A DNA stretch of 64,000 bases, from the NCBI GenBank assembly GCA_963796055.1, contig CAWCKH010000002.1, forward strand, positions 176,787 to 240,786, written 5' to 3'. How positions within the stretch are numbered: the first letter of the stretch is position 1; each line of letters opens with the position of its first letter. The notes beneath the pieces were generated by a model. The model did no database searches. It was not told the origin of the DNA and saw nothing but the letters and a program-made list of their open reading frames with translations. This stretch comes from an uncultured delta proteobacterium. GTDB lineage: Bacteria > Myxococcota > Myxococcia > Myxococcales > Myxococcaceae. This document shows, piece by piece, positions 30,647 through 42,392 of this stretch. Made by a program: the position numbers and the translations under genes.

Positions 30647-31138
30647 ATGCGGCTTCGCCGTGCAGCGCTGGGCAGCGCTCTGTTCTTCCTGGTCGCCCCA
30701 GGCGTCGTCGTCGGTCTCGTTCCGTGGTGGTTGACCCACTGGGTGGCGCAACCGACCATGTTGATCCTCCGCTTCTTCGGGGCGCTCCTGCTCGTCCTCG
30801 CGCTGCCCGTCCTGGTGGCCGCCTTCGTCCGGTTCGTGCGCGACGGGCTGGGCACGCCGGCACCGGTCGCTCCGACCGAGCACCTGGTGGTCAGCGGAGC
30901 GTACCGCCACGTGCGGAATCCCATGTACCTGGCCGTCCTCGGGGCCATCGCCGGCCAGGCGCTGCTGCTCGGGCAGCCGGGGCTCCTCGCGTATGCAGCG
31001 GGGGTCGCGGTGCTGGTGGCGAGCTTCGTGCGCCTCTACGAGGAGCCGGCGCTCCGGCGGCAGTTCGGGGCCGACTACGAGGCGTACCGGCGCGCCGTGC
31101 CTGGGTGGTGGCCCCGGCTGCGGCCCTGGAGCGGGTGA
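30647..31138 (+). CDS. Isoprenylcysteine carboxyl methyltransferase/PEMT family protein
   Basis: GTPAP...LVVSGAYRHVRNPMY...EEPAL...FGADYEAYRRAVP. Confidence 0.9.
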   Translation: MRLRRAALGSALFFLVAPGVVVGLVPWWLTHWVAQPTMLILRFFGALLLVLALPVLVAAFVRFVRDGLGTPAPVAPTEHLVVSGAYRHVRNPMYLAVLGAIAGQALLLGQPGLLAYAAGVAVLVASFVRLYEEPALRRQFGADYEAYRRAVPGWWPRLRPWSG

Positions 31139-31157
31139 GTCAGGGCTCCTCTACGCC

Positions 31158-31300
31158 GGCTTCCCCCAGGCTCTGCGGTCGCTCCAGCCACCTCCCCGCC
31201 GCAGCTCGGCGTCTAGTGAGTGCCGTCCCCCCCTCGCTGGCTGAAGCGACACGCCCCACCTGGTCCGCGGCCCGAAAACCCAGTGTGTTTGTCCTTGGAT
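31158..31300 (+). mobile_element. IS91-like 3' remnant with terminus
   Basis: gccacctccccgccgcagctc...tgagtgccgtcc, then cccgaaaaccc...tttgtccttggat. Confidence 0.65.
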
Positions 31301-31308
31301 CTAGTTAA

Positions 31309-32231
31309 TTAGTAGTCCCAGCAGCCGAGACACGGGTCGGTGGGATCGATCGACACCACCACCGACGCGCTCGCGGAGCCGCCGGCACCGGCGCATGTCA
31401 GCGTGTACGTCTGGTTCGGCACGGTGATCGGCACGCTGAGCTCCGTACCGGACGTGGGGCGACTTCCAGACCAGGTCGGGGTGCCAAAGTAATCGATGCC
31501 CGATGCCGTACAGGACGTCGCATTCGTGCTTGACCATTGCAGCGTAGACTGTCCGAACGCCGGCAGGTTGATCGCAGGATTGGCAGAGATCGTCACGGTA
31601 GGAGCAGCTGGGGAACTGACCATCACGGTAACGGATTGGGACGCCGAGCCACCCACTCCGTTGCAGGTGATCGTGTACGTGCGGTTCGCGGTCAGCGCGC
31701 CGGTGCTCGCCGAGCCGGCGGTAGCCTGAGCTCCGGACCAGGCGCCGGAGGCGGTGCACGAGGTCGCGTTCGTGCTCGACCAGGTCACCGTCGAGCTTGC
31801 GCCATAGGCCACCGACGTCGGGCTGGCCGAGATCGCTACCGTCGGCGGGGGCAGCGCACCGACAGTCACGGTCACCGACGCGCTTGTCGCGCCGCCTGCG
31901 CCGGTGCACGTCAGCGTAAACGTGCTGTCCTGGCTCAGCGCCCCAGTGCTTGCGGTGCCTGCGATCGCTTGGCTTCCTGACCAGGCACGCGAAGCAGTGC
32001 AGGACGTCGCGTTCGTGCTCAACCACGTGAGCGTCGAGCTTCCTTGCGCAGGGACCACCATGGGGGTCGCAGAGATCAACACGCCGGGGGTTGGGCCACC
32101 GCGGGGTTAGGGTCTTCCGCCTGCCCGTCGCCGCCGCAGCCTGTCGCGGCAACGCCGAGGATTCCGACAAACGCGAGGAGCCCTCTGATCCTCATCCAAC
32201 TGCACTCGGCCCGGTCGGTGCTCGTCTTCAT
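31309..32231 (-). pseudogene. Lipoprotein with three PKD/Ig-like repeats, frameshifted in a homopolymer near 32088
   Basis: ATGC lipobox in one frame; WSSTNATSCTAS...YTLTC x3 in another. Confidence 0.75.
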
Positions 32232-32394
32232 GGCATTTGCTCCACATCCGGAGAGGCCGTCATCCGGCTGAGGTCAGGTTGCACCGGCGATGCCGTGGCT
32301 AAGGTCCTGGACTCATTGGATATCCATTCAATCCAGGTTGCTCGGGACGAGATGGTCCGAGGGTCTTTGTTGGCCGGCACGCAACGACGACGAA

Positions 32395-32743
32395 TGCTCA
32401 AGCGGACCTTCCAGACCGACGTCCTCACCTGGCGGCGCTGCGGAGGCACCCGCGTCGTGGCCGTCGTCCTCCGCTCCGCCACCGCGAGAGGCCAGCCTCA
32501 CCCGGAGCGCGCCTCCAGGCCCCTCGCCCCGGCAACCTCCCCGCCCAGCTCGGCCTCTGGTGAGTGCCGTCCGAGGTTCGAGACTTCCTCAGCCTGACGA
32601 TGGGCCTGGGACCGGTCTACCCTCTGGACGGGAGCACCCCCGCCGAGCGCCTCCTGCCTTCGTCGTCCTGTCCCGCTCCGGCACGACCACCCAGTCCCCT
32701 ACCCGGTCTCCGACCCGAACGCCCGGTTTGTTCTTCTTTGGAT
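32395..32743 (+). mobile_element. IS91-like 3' remnant: tnp C-terminus, spacer and terminus
   Basis: LKRTFQTDVLT..RCGG homology to 29010; ends ggtttgttcttctttggat. Confidence 0.75.
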
Positions 32744-32928
32744 CCGGCGTGCAGCCAGATGCGCAGCCGTTCGAGCTTCGCCAGCGTTTCCCGCGCTGCG
32801 TCCTCGGGGAGGTCGGTCCCCAGGAGGAAGTGCGGGGAGCGAAGCTCGCGCCAGCCCTGGACGGGCGGAGGGTGTGGGCCGTGCGCGCACCCGAGGATCA
32901 GCAGCGCGGCGAGGAAGGACGGGCGCAT
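32744..32928 (-). pseudogene. N-terminus of a myxobacterial DUF1570-like lipoprotein, cut at the IS91-like terminus
   Basis: ILGC lipobox; WRELRSPHFLLGTDL...ARETLAKLERLR. Confidence 0.65.
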
Positions 32929-33062
32929 CCGACCCTGGACGCTACCGGACGGGCGCCGGCGCCCGAGGACCTCTGCTGCGGACGCGCTCGAGATCGCCGT
33001 CAGACCGCGCCGCGGACGGCTGCGAGCGAGACCGGGGTCGGCACGCCGGCTCCGCCAGTAGG

Positions 33063-33611
33063 TCACGGCCGGGTCGAGGGCTGGCACGCTCCGGTGATCC
33101 GCTCTCGCTCCTGGACCAATGCCCGGAGGTCGGCGGGCGCCGGATCGTCCGGCAGCACGTCGATGATGGGCGCGATGAAGAGTTTGATCTCGTCGACCAG
33201 GCCGGCCCTGAAGGCGTGCGACGCGAGTTCGTGACCACCGATCACGAGATCCTGCGTCGCTCGCAACTTCATGTCGCGAACGGCGTCGGCGTCGAACGTC
33301 GGCTCGAGTCGCGCCATCGGCATCGAGAGCCGCTTCAGCGTCTTCGAGTAGATGACCTTCTCCGCCGCTCGCCACGTGCTGCCAAAGTCGCGCGCCCACG
33401 GCGGATCGGATTCGGACGCACCGAACTGGTTCCAGACCAGCATCGTCTCGTACATGCGCCTGCCGTAGAGATACGTGCCGGTCGGACGCAGCGCATCGTT
33501 GACGAACTTCTGGCTGGCTTCGTCCTGCGCCGTGAAGTCGATCTTGCCCTGTGCGTCTTCGACATATCCGTCGAGAGACCGCGTCGCGAAATAGATGAGC
33601 TTCGCCGTCAT
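33063..33611 (-). CDS. Dihydrofolate reductase/RibD C-terminal family protein, C-terminus probably replaced
   Basis: SLDGYVED, LYGRRMYE, IGGHELA, GLVDEIKLFIAPII; lacks the usual G.G.P and terminal strand. Confidence 0.8.
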   Translation of the reverse strand: MTAKLIYFATRSLDGYVEDAQGKIDFTAQDEASQKFVNDALRPTGTYLYGRRMYETMLVWNQFGASESDPPWARDFGSTWRAAEKVIYSKTLKRLSMPMARLEPTFDADAVRDMKLRATQDLVIGGHELASHAFRAGLVDEIKLFIAPIIDVLPDDPAPADLRALVQERERITGACQPSTRP

Positions 33612-34083
33612 GTCGCAGATTCCTTTCGTGTCGTTGCCATGGACAAGTGCTCGCCGAGGCGGTCGAACACTTGCATCGCCCCTTCGCGCGCCATCGGAGA
33701 CCAGCGCTTCGCCGCCGGGTGAGACGCGGCATCGGGTGGGAGCACGCGGTGCGCCACCGTGACTTTCGTTCCGCCGCCTAGCGGTGCTTCGGCAACTGGG
33801 TCTTCGCCCGCCAGAGGGCCGCGCTGCGCGAGGGGAAGCCCGACGTCCCTGTCGAGCACGGAAAGCTGGCCCGGCTTCCCGGAACCGTCGGCCGCTTCCA
33901 GTTCGTCTGCACGCCAAGGTGTCGGCTCCGCGTGTCCTCTCCGCGAGCCGCCGCTCGGGCGTTGCGCTCGTCTCACGAATGAGGCTGTTCCGCGGTCCAG
34001 CCAATCCCTGGCGTTTCTACAGGCTACCACGGCCAAGCGCGCCTCCACTCACCTGATTGCGGTGCCTTGAGGCGCAACCTTCC

Positions 34084-34099
34084 TGGCACCCACCTTGCT
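34084..34099 (+). promoter_or_regulatory. Sigma54 -24/-12 promoter
   Basis: TGGCAC-N5-TTGCT, 48 bp before the ATG. Confidence 0.8.
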
Positions 34100-34147
34100 C
34101 ATCCCCCTGGAGTGTCGCAACCACGCGCTTCCAGGGAGACTTCCAGA

Positions 34148-35029
34148 ATGCAGCTCGCCTCCGAGCACTCCTCAACTCCTGACTCGCTCCCGCGCTACCT
34201 CTCCGAAATCAACCGCTACTCCATCCTGAAGGTCGAGGAGGAGCAGAAGCTCGCCCGGCAGTTCGCAAAGGGAGACCTCCAGGCCGGTCACCGCCTCGTC
34301 ACCGCGAACCTCCGCTTCGTGGTGAAGGTGGCTTACGAGTACCGCTCGTACGGCATCCGCATGTCCGACCTCATCCAGGAGGGGAACATCGGGCTGATGA
34401 AGGCGGTGCAGAAGTTCGACGCCGACAAGGGCATTCGCCTCATCTCCTACGCGGTCTGGTGGATCCGCGCGTTCATCCAGAACTACGTCCTGAAGTCCTG
34501 GTCCCTGGTGAAGCTCGGGACCACCCAGGCGCAGCGGAAGCTGTTCTTCAGCCTGGCCCGCACGCGCCGCGAGCTGGAGAGGTACAACGTCACCGACACC
34601 GCCATCCCGGTCGAGGAAATTGCCCAGCGGATGAGGGTCAAGCCCGCCGAAGTCCGCGAGATGGACCAGCGGATGGGCGGGCGCGACCTCTCCCTGGATG
34701 CGCCGATGGGCGAGGACGGCAGCTCGACCCACGTCGACTTCGTGGCCTCCTCCGCCCAGGGCCAGGATGACGAGGTTGCCGACAAGCAGCAGGCGACACT
34801 CATCAACTCCGGCGTCCGCACCGCGCTGACCCGGCTCGACCCCCGCGAGCGGTTCATCATCGAGCAGCGGGCGATGACCGAGCCGCCGATGACGCTCAAG
34901 GAGCTGGGCGAGCACTTCGGGTTCAGCCGCGAGCGCGCCCGCCAGCTGGAGATTCGCGCCAAGGACAAGCTCAAGTGTGAGCTCGCCGCGCTGATGGCCG
35001 AGGTGCAGCCGGACGAGGCCGCGGCCTAG
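34148..35029 (+). CDS. RpoH-family (sigma-32-like) sigma factor
   Basis: [24 protein letters not shown], RpoH box [17 protein letters not shown]. Confidence 0.95.
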   Translation: MQLASEHSSTPDSLPRYLSEINRYSILKVEEEQKLARQFAKGDLQAGHRLVTANLRFVVKVAYEYRSYGIRMSDLIQEGNIGLMKAVQKFDADKGIRLISYAVWWIRAFIQNYVLKSWSLVKLGTTQAQRKLFFSLARTRRELERYNVTDTAIPVEEIAQRMRVKPAEVREMDQRMGGRDLSLDAPMGEDGSSTHVDFVASSAQGQDDEVADKQQATLINSGVRTALTRLDPRERFIIEQRAMTEPPMTLKELGEHFGFSRERARQLEIRAKDKLKCELAALMAEVQPDEAAA

Positions 35030-35555
35030 TTCTCCCTTCTCAGGTGTCGCACCACGGGCCCGGTGCCGGCAGACTGCCGCCCGGGCCCGTTGTCTTTCCG
35101 GTCTCGCCGTCTGAAGCGTCCGCCTCGTCGCTAGCCTCTCGCTCGATGAGCACTGGAGATCCACGCAACCGCCCCCGCGTCGTCCGTCAGCCCGCCCTCT
35201 TCTTCCGGCGTGACGACCTCGGACTGGCGCGGGGCAGTAGCCAGCACTGAAGCCTCCGCGGAGACTTACTTTCGGAAGGAGTGCTCGTGCTCTGGGACAC
35301 CTTCGAGGAGTTCCCTTGCGCCGCTTCATGCGAGAGCCGGAAACGGCGCTTCGCAGGGTGGAGGACGGTACGCCATCGCCCTGAAGAAACGAGGTTTTGA
35401 GCGTGCTGCTCTCGTTTCCGCGACGAATAGGATCGTCTGAGACTCGAGAGGTACGAAGTCCTGGAGCGCTTCAGGCAGAGGATGCGACGGGCCTGCGAGG
35501 ACCCGATACTCCCCTTGGTAGGCGCGTTCCGCGGGCGTTGCGCAGCTCAGGCGAG

Positions 35556-35711
35556 TCAGGGGGTCCGTCTGCCCTGCAAGAGGCGGACGACGAGCACCAC
35601 CACCGCGACCACCAGGAGCAGATGAATGAGGCCGCTGGTGATGTGGAAGGCGAAGTAGCCGCCGAGCCAGAGAATGACGAGGACGATGACGAGAATGGTC
35701 AACAAGTCCAT
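35556..35711 (-). CDS. lmo0937/DUF5670 family small membrane protein (51 aa)
   Basis: Translated by hand: MDLLTILVIVLVILWLGGYFAFHITSGLIHLLLVVAVVVLVVRLLQGRRTP; RBS AGGAG. Confidence 0.85.
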   Translation of the reverse strand: MDLLTILVIVLVILWLGGYFAFHITSGLIHLLLVVAVVVLVVRLLQGRRTP

Positions 35712-35820
35712 TGGGTCTCCTGTTCGTCCGTTCGGTGGTGCATCTCACTCGGAAGCCACGGCGCTCGACAACCTGCCAATCCGTGGTCCCTAGGGCAAGC
35801 GGATCGGCTCTCCCGCGTTC

Positions 35821-36264
<444 letters not shown>

Positions 36265-36379
36265 GGATCGCCAATCGGGCAGGCGGGCGTCATCAAGTGG
36301 GTTTTCCAATAACCTTGAGGACTTCTCCGACCGAGACGTGCTCGGGATTCCACGCGGGGAGCCTCGATTCCCCGCGAGT

Positions 36380-36398
36380 TTGGACACGTCTAGGACAC
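36380..36398 (+). repeat. Putative integrase arm-type site GGACAC-N5-GGACAC
   Basis: Same motif at 17386-17404, 50807-50825 and 3711-3729. Confidence 0.65.
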
Positions 36399-36488
36399 GA
36401 TTCGACGAAGTGCAGTTCAGGTGACCGCCAAGTCCAGGTACCCGGCGCGGGTCATCCGGAGCGCCGGAACCGAGCGACGGGGCTGGAC

Positions 36489-36762
36489 CGTGCTCGGAGC
36501 AACCGCGAGCTGACGGTGCAGATTGTCGCCATCCACGGTGTCTGCGGCACCGTCCTCCCTGCGTCCCTAAGGCCCAGCGGGCGACCTTCCCACGCCGCAG
36601 CACCACCCAAGGAGAGCGACCTACCTACGGCAGCCCCCGCGTCCATGCCGAGCCGTGTTTTTGAGGCCGTGCCATCGGTCTCGACCGCGTCGGCTCATGC
36701 GCGCGGCAGGGTATCCGTGCTCGGCGTAAACGCCGCTTCGTGCGGACGACGACATCCGACGC
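36489..36762 (+). mobile_element. Degenerate fragment of the IS3 orfB family found at 28075-28275
   Basis: cggagcaaccgcgagctgacggtgca and tacggcagccccc matches; interrupted by about 75 bp. Confidence 0.75.
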
Positions 36763-37065
36763 ACGGGGCAATCGGACCGCGTCGTCCGGCGTACCGGGGG
36801 CTTGGCATTTCGCTGCCTCGTGGTGGCAGACGGGCGCGGTTTCAAACAGAACGCTCGCTCTCACCCTCCGGAGCGGGATGGCGACGTGCGCCAGGAGAAG
36901 GGCCAGGGATGGATGCGCATGGGTGGGCGCACCCTGACGCCGGAGCGTCCAGGCGGCCAGACGGTGAACGCGAGCACTTGTCGTCCCGGCGGGCACGGAG
37001 CGCGCAGCTTGCGTGGATCCCCGCGCTGCTTAGCTAGGCAGAGGCAATTATCGCGAGGTCACACC

Positions 37066-37533
37066 ATGACGACGAGATTCCTGGTTCCCATCGCCCTGTC
37101 GTTCTCGGTAGCGACGGGACTTGCGCACGCCCAGGCGCCGAGCGCGCCGAGTCAGCCGCAGTCCCAGCACACGCCGAGTTCCGCCGCTCCTCCCCCGATC
37201 GCCGGCAGGACAGTCCTCGGCGTGACCGTCGCCGAGAACGAGGCGCTCGCCGTCGGCTACCGCGTCTCCAGGATGCTCCATGCGGACGTCCGGAACGACA
37301 AGAATGAGAAGATCGGGAAGGTGGACGACCTAATCGTCAAGCCCGACGGAACGATTACTATCGCCGTCATCGATGTCGGAGGCTTCCTGGGCCTCGGCAC
37401 TCACCGGGTCGCCGTTCCGGTCGACCAGTTCTCCGAGGTGAAGCCGCACCTGGTCCTCCCGGGAGCGACCAAGGACGCGCTGAAGGCCCTTCCCCCCTTC
37501 GAGTACGCGAAGGACAGCAAGAAAAGCACCTAA
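37066..37533 (+). CDS. Secreted PRC-barrel protein
   Basis: Signal AHA; VRNDKNEKIGKVDDLIV...IDVGGFLGLG. Confidence 0.9.
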   Translation: MTTRFLVPIALSFSVATGLAHAQAPSAPSQPQSQHTPSSAAPPPIAGRTVLGVTVAENEALAVGYRVSRMLHADVRNDKNEKIGKVDDLIVKPDGTITIAVIDVGGFLGLGTHRVAVPVDQFSEVKPHLVLPGATKDALKALPPFEYAKDSKKST

Positions 37534-37909
37534 GTTAGCTTGGCGCGAGCAGACCCTCTTCAGGGGCCGGTGTGTCTCCCCAGTCCTCGGCCTGGAGCGC
37601 GTGGCAAATGGGAAGCTCGATGAGGCAACAGCGGGCGCGCGCGCCCCTGGCCCGCAGTCAGAAGATTCCCGAGGTGACTCATCGTCAGCACGAGCAGCCC
37701 GGGAGGAGCAGCCCGAGCGGATAGCCAGAAACGCCCATCGCCGGGCCGATGAATGCGTGTGAGGCGATGGCGCTTCGTGGCCAGCGAGCCATTTGCAGGC
37801 CCGGCGCCAGCGGACAACAGTGCGCTGCGCGTCGCGCAATCGCGGCCGACGTCCCCCGGGTGAGGTTGGCGGCGGAGCGGGCCATCCGTCGAGCACCTGC
37901 GGCCCCGCC

Positions 37910-38350
37910 TCAGCGGTGACGCCGGCGGAAGTGCTCGGTGAGCTCGTGGGGGGAGAGCCGCGACAGGTCCTCGGTGATCTCCTCGGCGATGGCCGCCTCG
38001 ACCCGCTTGGGGAGCTCCTTCCGGAGCATTCCCATCAGCTCAGGCGGAGCAATCAGCACCAGGCGATTGAAGAGCTGCCCGTCGAACCGCTGCGCCAGCT
38101 CCGTCGCGAGGTGCTTCGCGAAACGATCTGCCTCGAGCTTGTGGCGGCCGTGGGGATCGTCCTCCACGTTCGGACCGTACTTGGTCCCAGCGTTCGGGAA
38201 CTTCCGGTACTCACGGAGATCGCGATCGTGCATCCGACCTTCGGGATGTTCCACCACCTCCACCGGGTTCCATCGACCGGTCTCCGCGTCGATCCGGAGC
38301 AGCTGCGCCCGCGCCGCATCCGCGACCACGGCCATCGTCATCTCGCTCAT
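37910..38350 (-). CDS. Host attachment protein family (release-factor-like fold)
   Basis: VVADAARA...FAKHLA...LVLIAPPELMGMLR. Confidence 0.85.
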   Translation of the reverse strand: MSEMTMAVVADAARAQLLRIDAETGRWNPVEVVEHPEGRMHDRDLREYRKFPNAGTKYGPNVEDDPHGRHKLEADRFAKHLATELAQRFDGQLFNRLVLIAPPELMGMLRKELPKRVEAAIAEEITEDLSRLSPHELTEHFRRRHR

Positions 38351-38731
38351 CCGCCGGCCCTCCTCTTCCACAAAATGAGCAGACGCGTCCTCGCCGGCAG
38401 CGACCAAGCCGATAGCCGCTGGCCAGAGGCTCGTTGTCGGACCGAGTGCATTTCTGCCTGCGGTTCTGCCCCCGCGATCGGGAACCCAACCGGCGAGATC
38501 CTGCATCGGTTCTCGCGCCCCGAGAGCCGAGCGGGCCAGGTCACCGCTGCACGGCGCGATGCACAGCTCCCGGTGCTCTTCTTCGTCGGTCGAAGCTGCC
38601 GGCTCTCCGCCAACTCGTCGAAACACGGCTGACGGTTCGATGAGCAACGGCCGGGCGGTGGACCAGCGCAGAATGCGAGAACAACCACCGCCCGTCTCTG
38701 TCCGCCGCAGGCCGGCAGTTGAGGACGTCGG

Positions 38732-39229
38732 CTACGCCTTGGCCTTGTTCTCGCCCTCGGTTGCACCCTTCAGCTGGACACGCTTGGCCTGCACCTCCGG
38801 CTTCTTGGGGATGACGACGTTCAGCACACCATCCTTGAGTTCGGCATTGATGTGATCCACGTCGATCCCTTCTGGCAGCGTGAACGAGCGCAAGAAGGCC
38901 CCGTAGCTGCGTTCCAGAGCGTAGAACGTGTCTCCCTCGTCCCTCTTCTCCTCCTGCCGCTGTCCGGAGATCGTCAGCCGGTTGCCGGTTACCGAGATGT
39001 CAACATCGCTCTCTTTGAGCCCAGGAAGATCCGCCTTGAAGACATACGAATCCTTCGTCTCCTTGACCTCAAAGGAAGGCACGAAGCCCGCCGTCTCGGT
39101 ACCCAACATGCCGGGGGACAATTCTCGGAAGGGGTCCCACTGCATGAAGCCGCGCATCAGCTCCAGCGGGTCGAGCCCTGTGCGGCTGAGGGCCCGCTCG
39201 GGGTCGTGCTGCCGTCGAATGATGGCCAT
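38732..39229 (-). CDS. Hsp20/alpha-crystallin small heat shock protein
   Basis: ADLPG, LTISGQR, ERSYGAFLRSFTLP, AELKDGVL. Confidence 0.95.
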   Translation of the reverse strand: MAIIRRQHDPERALSRTGLDPLELMRGFMQWDPFRELSPGMLGTETAGFVPSFEVKETKDSYVFKADLPGLKESDVDISVTGNRLTISGQRQEEKRDEGDTFYALERSYGAFLRSFTLPEGIDVDHINAELKDGVLNVVIPKKPEVQAKRVQLKGATEGENKAKA

Positions 39230-39557
39230 TTCCTCAAACCTCCTTCGTTCGATCAATCGCAAGGACAGCCGAGACGGATTCCCCGGAACTCCTCACGAAC
39301 GGTGCCTACGCCGAAGACATCTGCACGGCGCGGCGCCGTGTCAAATGGACTCTCGGACTCGCTCTTCATGAGTGGATCCGCTCAGCCGCTCGCTTCTTCG
39401 ATCCCAACCCGACGCGGTAGGCGCACGCCCGAGGCATCGCTTCCCAGCACGCCCTGTGGGAAGTCCTGGGCAGGCACTCTCGGGTGGTTGGCTTCTCCAG
39501 GAATGTTACTGGGCGGCGAACCAGCCAACGCTCGGCAGCGGATGCTTCACGGTCACC

Positions 39558-41021
39558 TCATTGCGGAACAGAAGGCCGAGCGTAATCGGTGACCAGATTG
39601 CCGAGAATCTTCACCGCGCCGTCCTGCCGCTCCGACCAGCGCTCGCCAAACCCGACCCGGATGAAGTTCCCGTACCCCGGACGCCTGGAGAACATCGCAC
39701 CGGGCGCCAGGCCGACGCCGAGATTCCGAGCGCGCCGTCGCAGCTCGATCCCATCGATAGCCTCCGGCAGTCTGACCCAGAGCACGCACCCGCCGGCGGG
39801 AGGAAAGATCCTGGCCTCCGGAGGGAGCGCCCGCCGGAGCGCCTCGACCATCAGCGCCGATTGCCCGCTCAGGTCTCTTCGAAGCCGGCGGAGATGCGGT
39901 CCGTAGCCACCTCCGATCAGATACTCGACGACGGCAGCCTGATTGAGCGCCCCGGTGAGCCCCCCGCTGGACATCTTCAGCTGCTCGAGCTTCACCCGGT
40001 AGCGCCCCGCCGCAATCCAGGCCACCCCACAGGCGGGGGAGAGGGTCTTCGCGAAGGTTCCCGCGTGGAGCACCTGACCGAGCGCATCGAACGCCTTGGC
40101 CGGCCGAGGGGGGCGACTCGAGAACCAGAGCTCGCCATCGCTGTCCTCCTCGACGAGCGGCACGCCGTCCCGTGCGAGGAGCTCGACCAGCCGTTTCTTT
40201 TCGGCTTCGGACATGGTCGTCCCAACCGGATCGCGACAGCTGGTCATCATCACACAGGCGTGGATCCGATTGCTGGCCAGCGCGTCCTCGATGGCGTCGA
40301 GATCGACCTTTCCCTCGTCGAGCACCGGCACGGCAAGGGAACGGCGCTCCGTGGTCCGGAGCGCCTGGAGTATCTGCGGGCAGCTGGGCGCCTCGATGAG
40401 CACGCGGTCCCCGCGTCCGGTGACCGCCGCAAGCGCGAGGCTGAGGCTCTCCTGCGCACCGGAGGTGATGAGGATCTCCTCGGGCGAGACCTCAGTCCCC
40501 AACTGCAGATAGTGCAGGGAGATGAGCCGGCGGAGATCGGCATTGCCCGGCGGCCGCCCGGAGAGCCCCATCCGCTCCGAGAAGTGCCGGCCCGCCTTGG
40601 CGGCGGCCCTCGCTTCCTCCGCCCAAGGATAGAACGAGGCGCCCGGGTTCTCCGAGCCCAAGGCCACCAGCTCTGGCCGATGTGCGTCCTCCCGGACGTC
40701 GAGCCAGAGGTCGTGGACCTCGTTCCCGCGCTCGTCGGCACGCACCTGGCGTGTGCGCTGGGACTGAGCGTGCGTCAGTCCGAGAGGCCGGACATACCAC
40801 CCGGAGCGAGTGCGCGCCTCGACGAGCCCGTCGGTCTCCAGCTGCTCGTAGGCGCGCTGGACCGTCGTGACGCTCGTCCGGTGGGCTCGACTCGCCTGTC
40901 GAACGGACGGCAACCGCTCGCCTGGGCGGAGCACGGCCTGATCGATCAGTCGTCGGAGCTCCGCCGCGATCTGCTCATGGCGCGTCACGGGACGGTCAAC
41001 GACTGTCGCCTGGGAAATCAT
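39558..41021 (-). CDS. GntR/MocR family PLP-dependent regulator
   Basis: LRPGERLPSVR, TVQRAY, ITSGAQESL, GTFAKTL. Confidence 0.9.
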   Translation of the reverse strand: MISQATVVDRPVTRHEQIAAELRRLIDQAVLRPGERLPSVRQASRAHRTSVTTVQRAYEQLETDGLVEARTRSGWYVRPLGLTHAQSQRTRQVRADERGNEVHDLWLDVREDAHRPELVALGSENPGASFYPWAEEARAAAKAGRHFSERMGLSGRPPGNADLRRLISLHYLQLGTEVSPEEILITSGAQESLSLALAAVTGRGDRVLIEAPSCPQILQALRTTERRSLAVPVLDEGKVDLDAIEDALASNRIHACVMMTSCRDPVGTTMSEAEKKRLVELLARDGVPLVEEDSDGELWFSSRPPRPAKAFDALGQVLHAGTFAKTLSPACGVAWIAAGRYRVKLEQLKMSSGGLTGALNQAAVVEYLIGGGYGPHLRRLRRDLSGQSALMVEALRRALPPEARIFPPAGGCVLWVRLPEAIDGIELRRRARNLGVGLAPGAMFSRRPGYGNFIRVGFGERWSERQDGAVKILGNLVTDYARPSVPQ

Positions 41022-41112
41022 GACATCTGCCTCTCGGCTCCCGAGCCGTAGACCAGCACAGTCCCCGTGACAACCCGTCCTCCCGGAAAGCGTCCGGCGT
41101 AGGAGCAAGGCA

Positions 41113-41766
41113 ATGAAGACCGACGAAGAGATCAGGAGAGATGTCGAGGACGAGCTCCGCTGGGACCCGGACGTCGACCCGACGGACATCGCCGTCGCCG
41201 TCAAGAACGGCGTCGTCACCCTCACGGGATTCGTCAAGAGCTACACACACAAGTACGAGGCCGAGACGGACGCCAAGCGCGTCGCCGGCGTCTCCGGAGT
41301 CGCAAACGAGATCCAGGTGCGGCTGCCGGACGTGGATCTTCGCCCGGATCCGGAGATCGCTCGCGACGCGGTGGCAGCCCTGAAGAGCGCGCTCCCGTTC
41401 TCCTGGGAGCGGATCAAGGTCATCGTCCGCTCCGGGTGGATCACGCTCGAGGGCGACGTCGACTGGAACTTCCAGCGCGAGGCAGCCGAGAAGGCGGTCC
41501 GCAACGTCAAGGGCGCACTGGGAGTGATCAACTCCCTCGTGCTGAAGCCCGCCGTCAAGCCGGGTGAGGTGAGGAAGCAGATCGAGGAGGCCTTCCGGAG
41601 GAGCGCACTGGTCGACGCCAGCCGGGTCCGGGTGGAGTCCATCGGAAGCGAGGTGATCCTGTCGGGAACCGTCCGCTCCTGGGCCGAGCGTGAAGAGGCG
41701 GAGCGCGCGGCCTGGGCCGCGCCTGGCGTGACCAAGGTCGACAACCGCATCACCGTGAAGCTCTGA
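41113..41766 (+). CDS. Triple BON-domain (OsmY-like) protein
   Basis: GVVTLTG...GVSGVANEI repeated three times. Confidence 0.92.
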   Translation: MKTDEEIRRDVEDELRWDPDVDPTDIAVAVKNGVVTLTGFVKSYTHKYEAETDAKRVAGVSGVANEIQVRLPDVDLRPDPEIARDAVAALKSALPFSWERIKVIVRSGWITLEGDVDWNFQREAAEKAVRNVKGALGVINSLVLKPAVKPGEVRKQIEEAFRRSALVDASRVRVESIGSEVILSGTVRSWAEREEAERAAWAAPGVTKVDNRITVKL

Positions 41767-41789
41767 GCAGAGGGCGGGACCATCCCCAC

Positions 41790-42392
41790 ATGCGCGCAAC
41801 GTCCGATCTCGATCCGGCGGAGGAGATGCTCGGCGAGGACCTCGCCCGGAACTGGTGGGCCTTCGCCCTCCGGGCCGTCCTTTCCCTCGCGGTTGGAGTC
41901 ATCGCCCTCGTCCTGCCTGGCCCGACCCTCGCCGCGCTGGTGCTCCTCGTCGGAGCCTATCTGGTGGTGGAGGGAGTCCTGTCCCTGGTGGCCGCCCTGC
42001 GGGCGGCTCGGCGAAAGCGCAGGTGGGGAGCACTCGTGGCCAAGGGAGTCGTCGATCTGGCCGCGGGAGTCCTCACCTTCTTCCTGCCGGCGCTCACCTT
42101 GCTAGGCCTCGTCTACCTGCTCGGCGTCTGGGCCGTCTTCACCGGCGTCCTGGAGATCATCGCCGGGACCGCCCTGACGCGCGGGGGAGCGCTGGCGATC
42201 ATCGCCGGGGTCCTCTCCGTGCTCCTCGGGATCTTCATGTTCATCGTGCCCATCGCAGGCGCATTGGTCCTCGCCTTCTGGTTCGGGATCTACGAGCTCG
42301 CCTTCGGGGTCTCGATGCTGATGCTTGCCGTTTCCCTTCGCCGCAGGGCACCGCAGAGCCGCCCGCTCCGGCCGGAGCCGCGTCATGCCTGA
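41790..42392 (+). CDS. HdeD/DUF308 membrane protein
   Basis: LARNWWAFALR; six TM segments. Confidence 0.88.
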   Translation: MRATSDLDPAEEMLGEDLARNWWAFALRAVLSLAVGVIALVLPGPTLAALVLLVGAYLVVEGVLSLVAALRAARRKRRWGALVAKGVVDLAAGVLTFFLPALTLLGLVYLLGVWAVFTGVLEIIAGTALTRGGALAIIAGVLSVLLGIFMFIVPIAGALVLAFWFGIYELAFGVSMLMLAVSLRRRAPQSRPLRPEPRHA

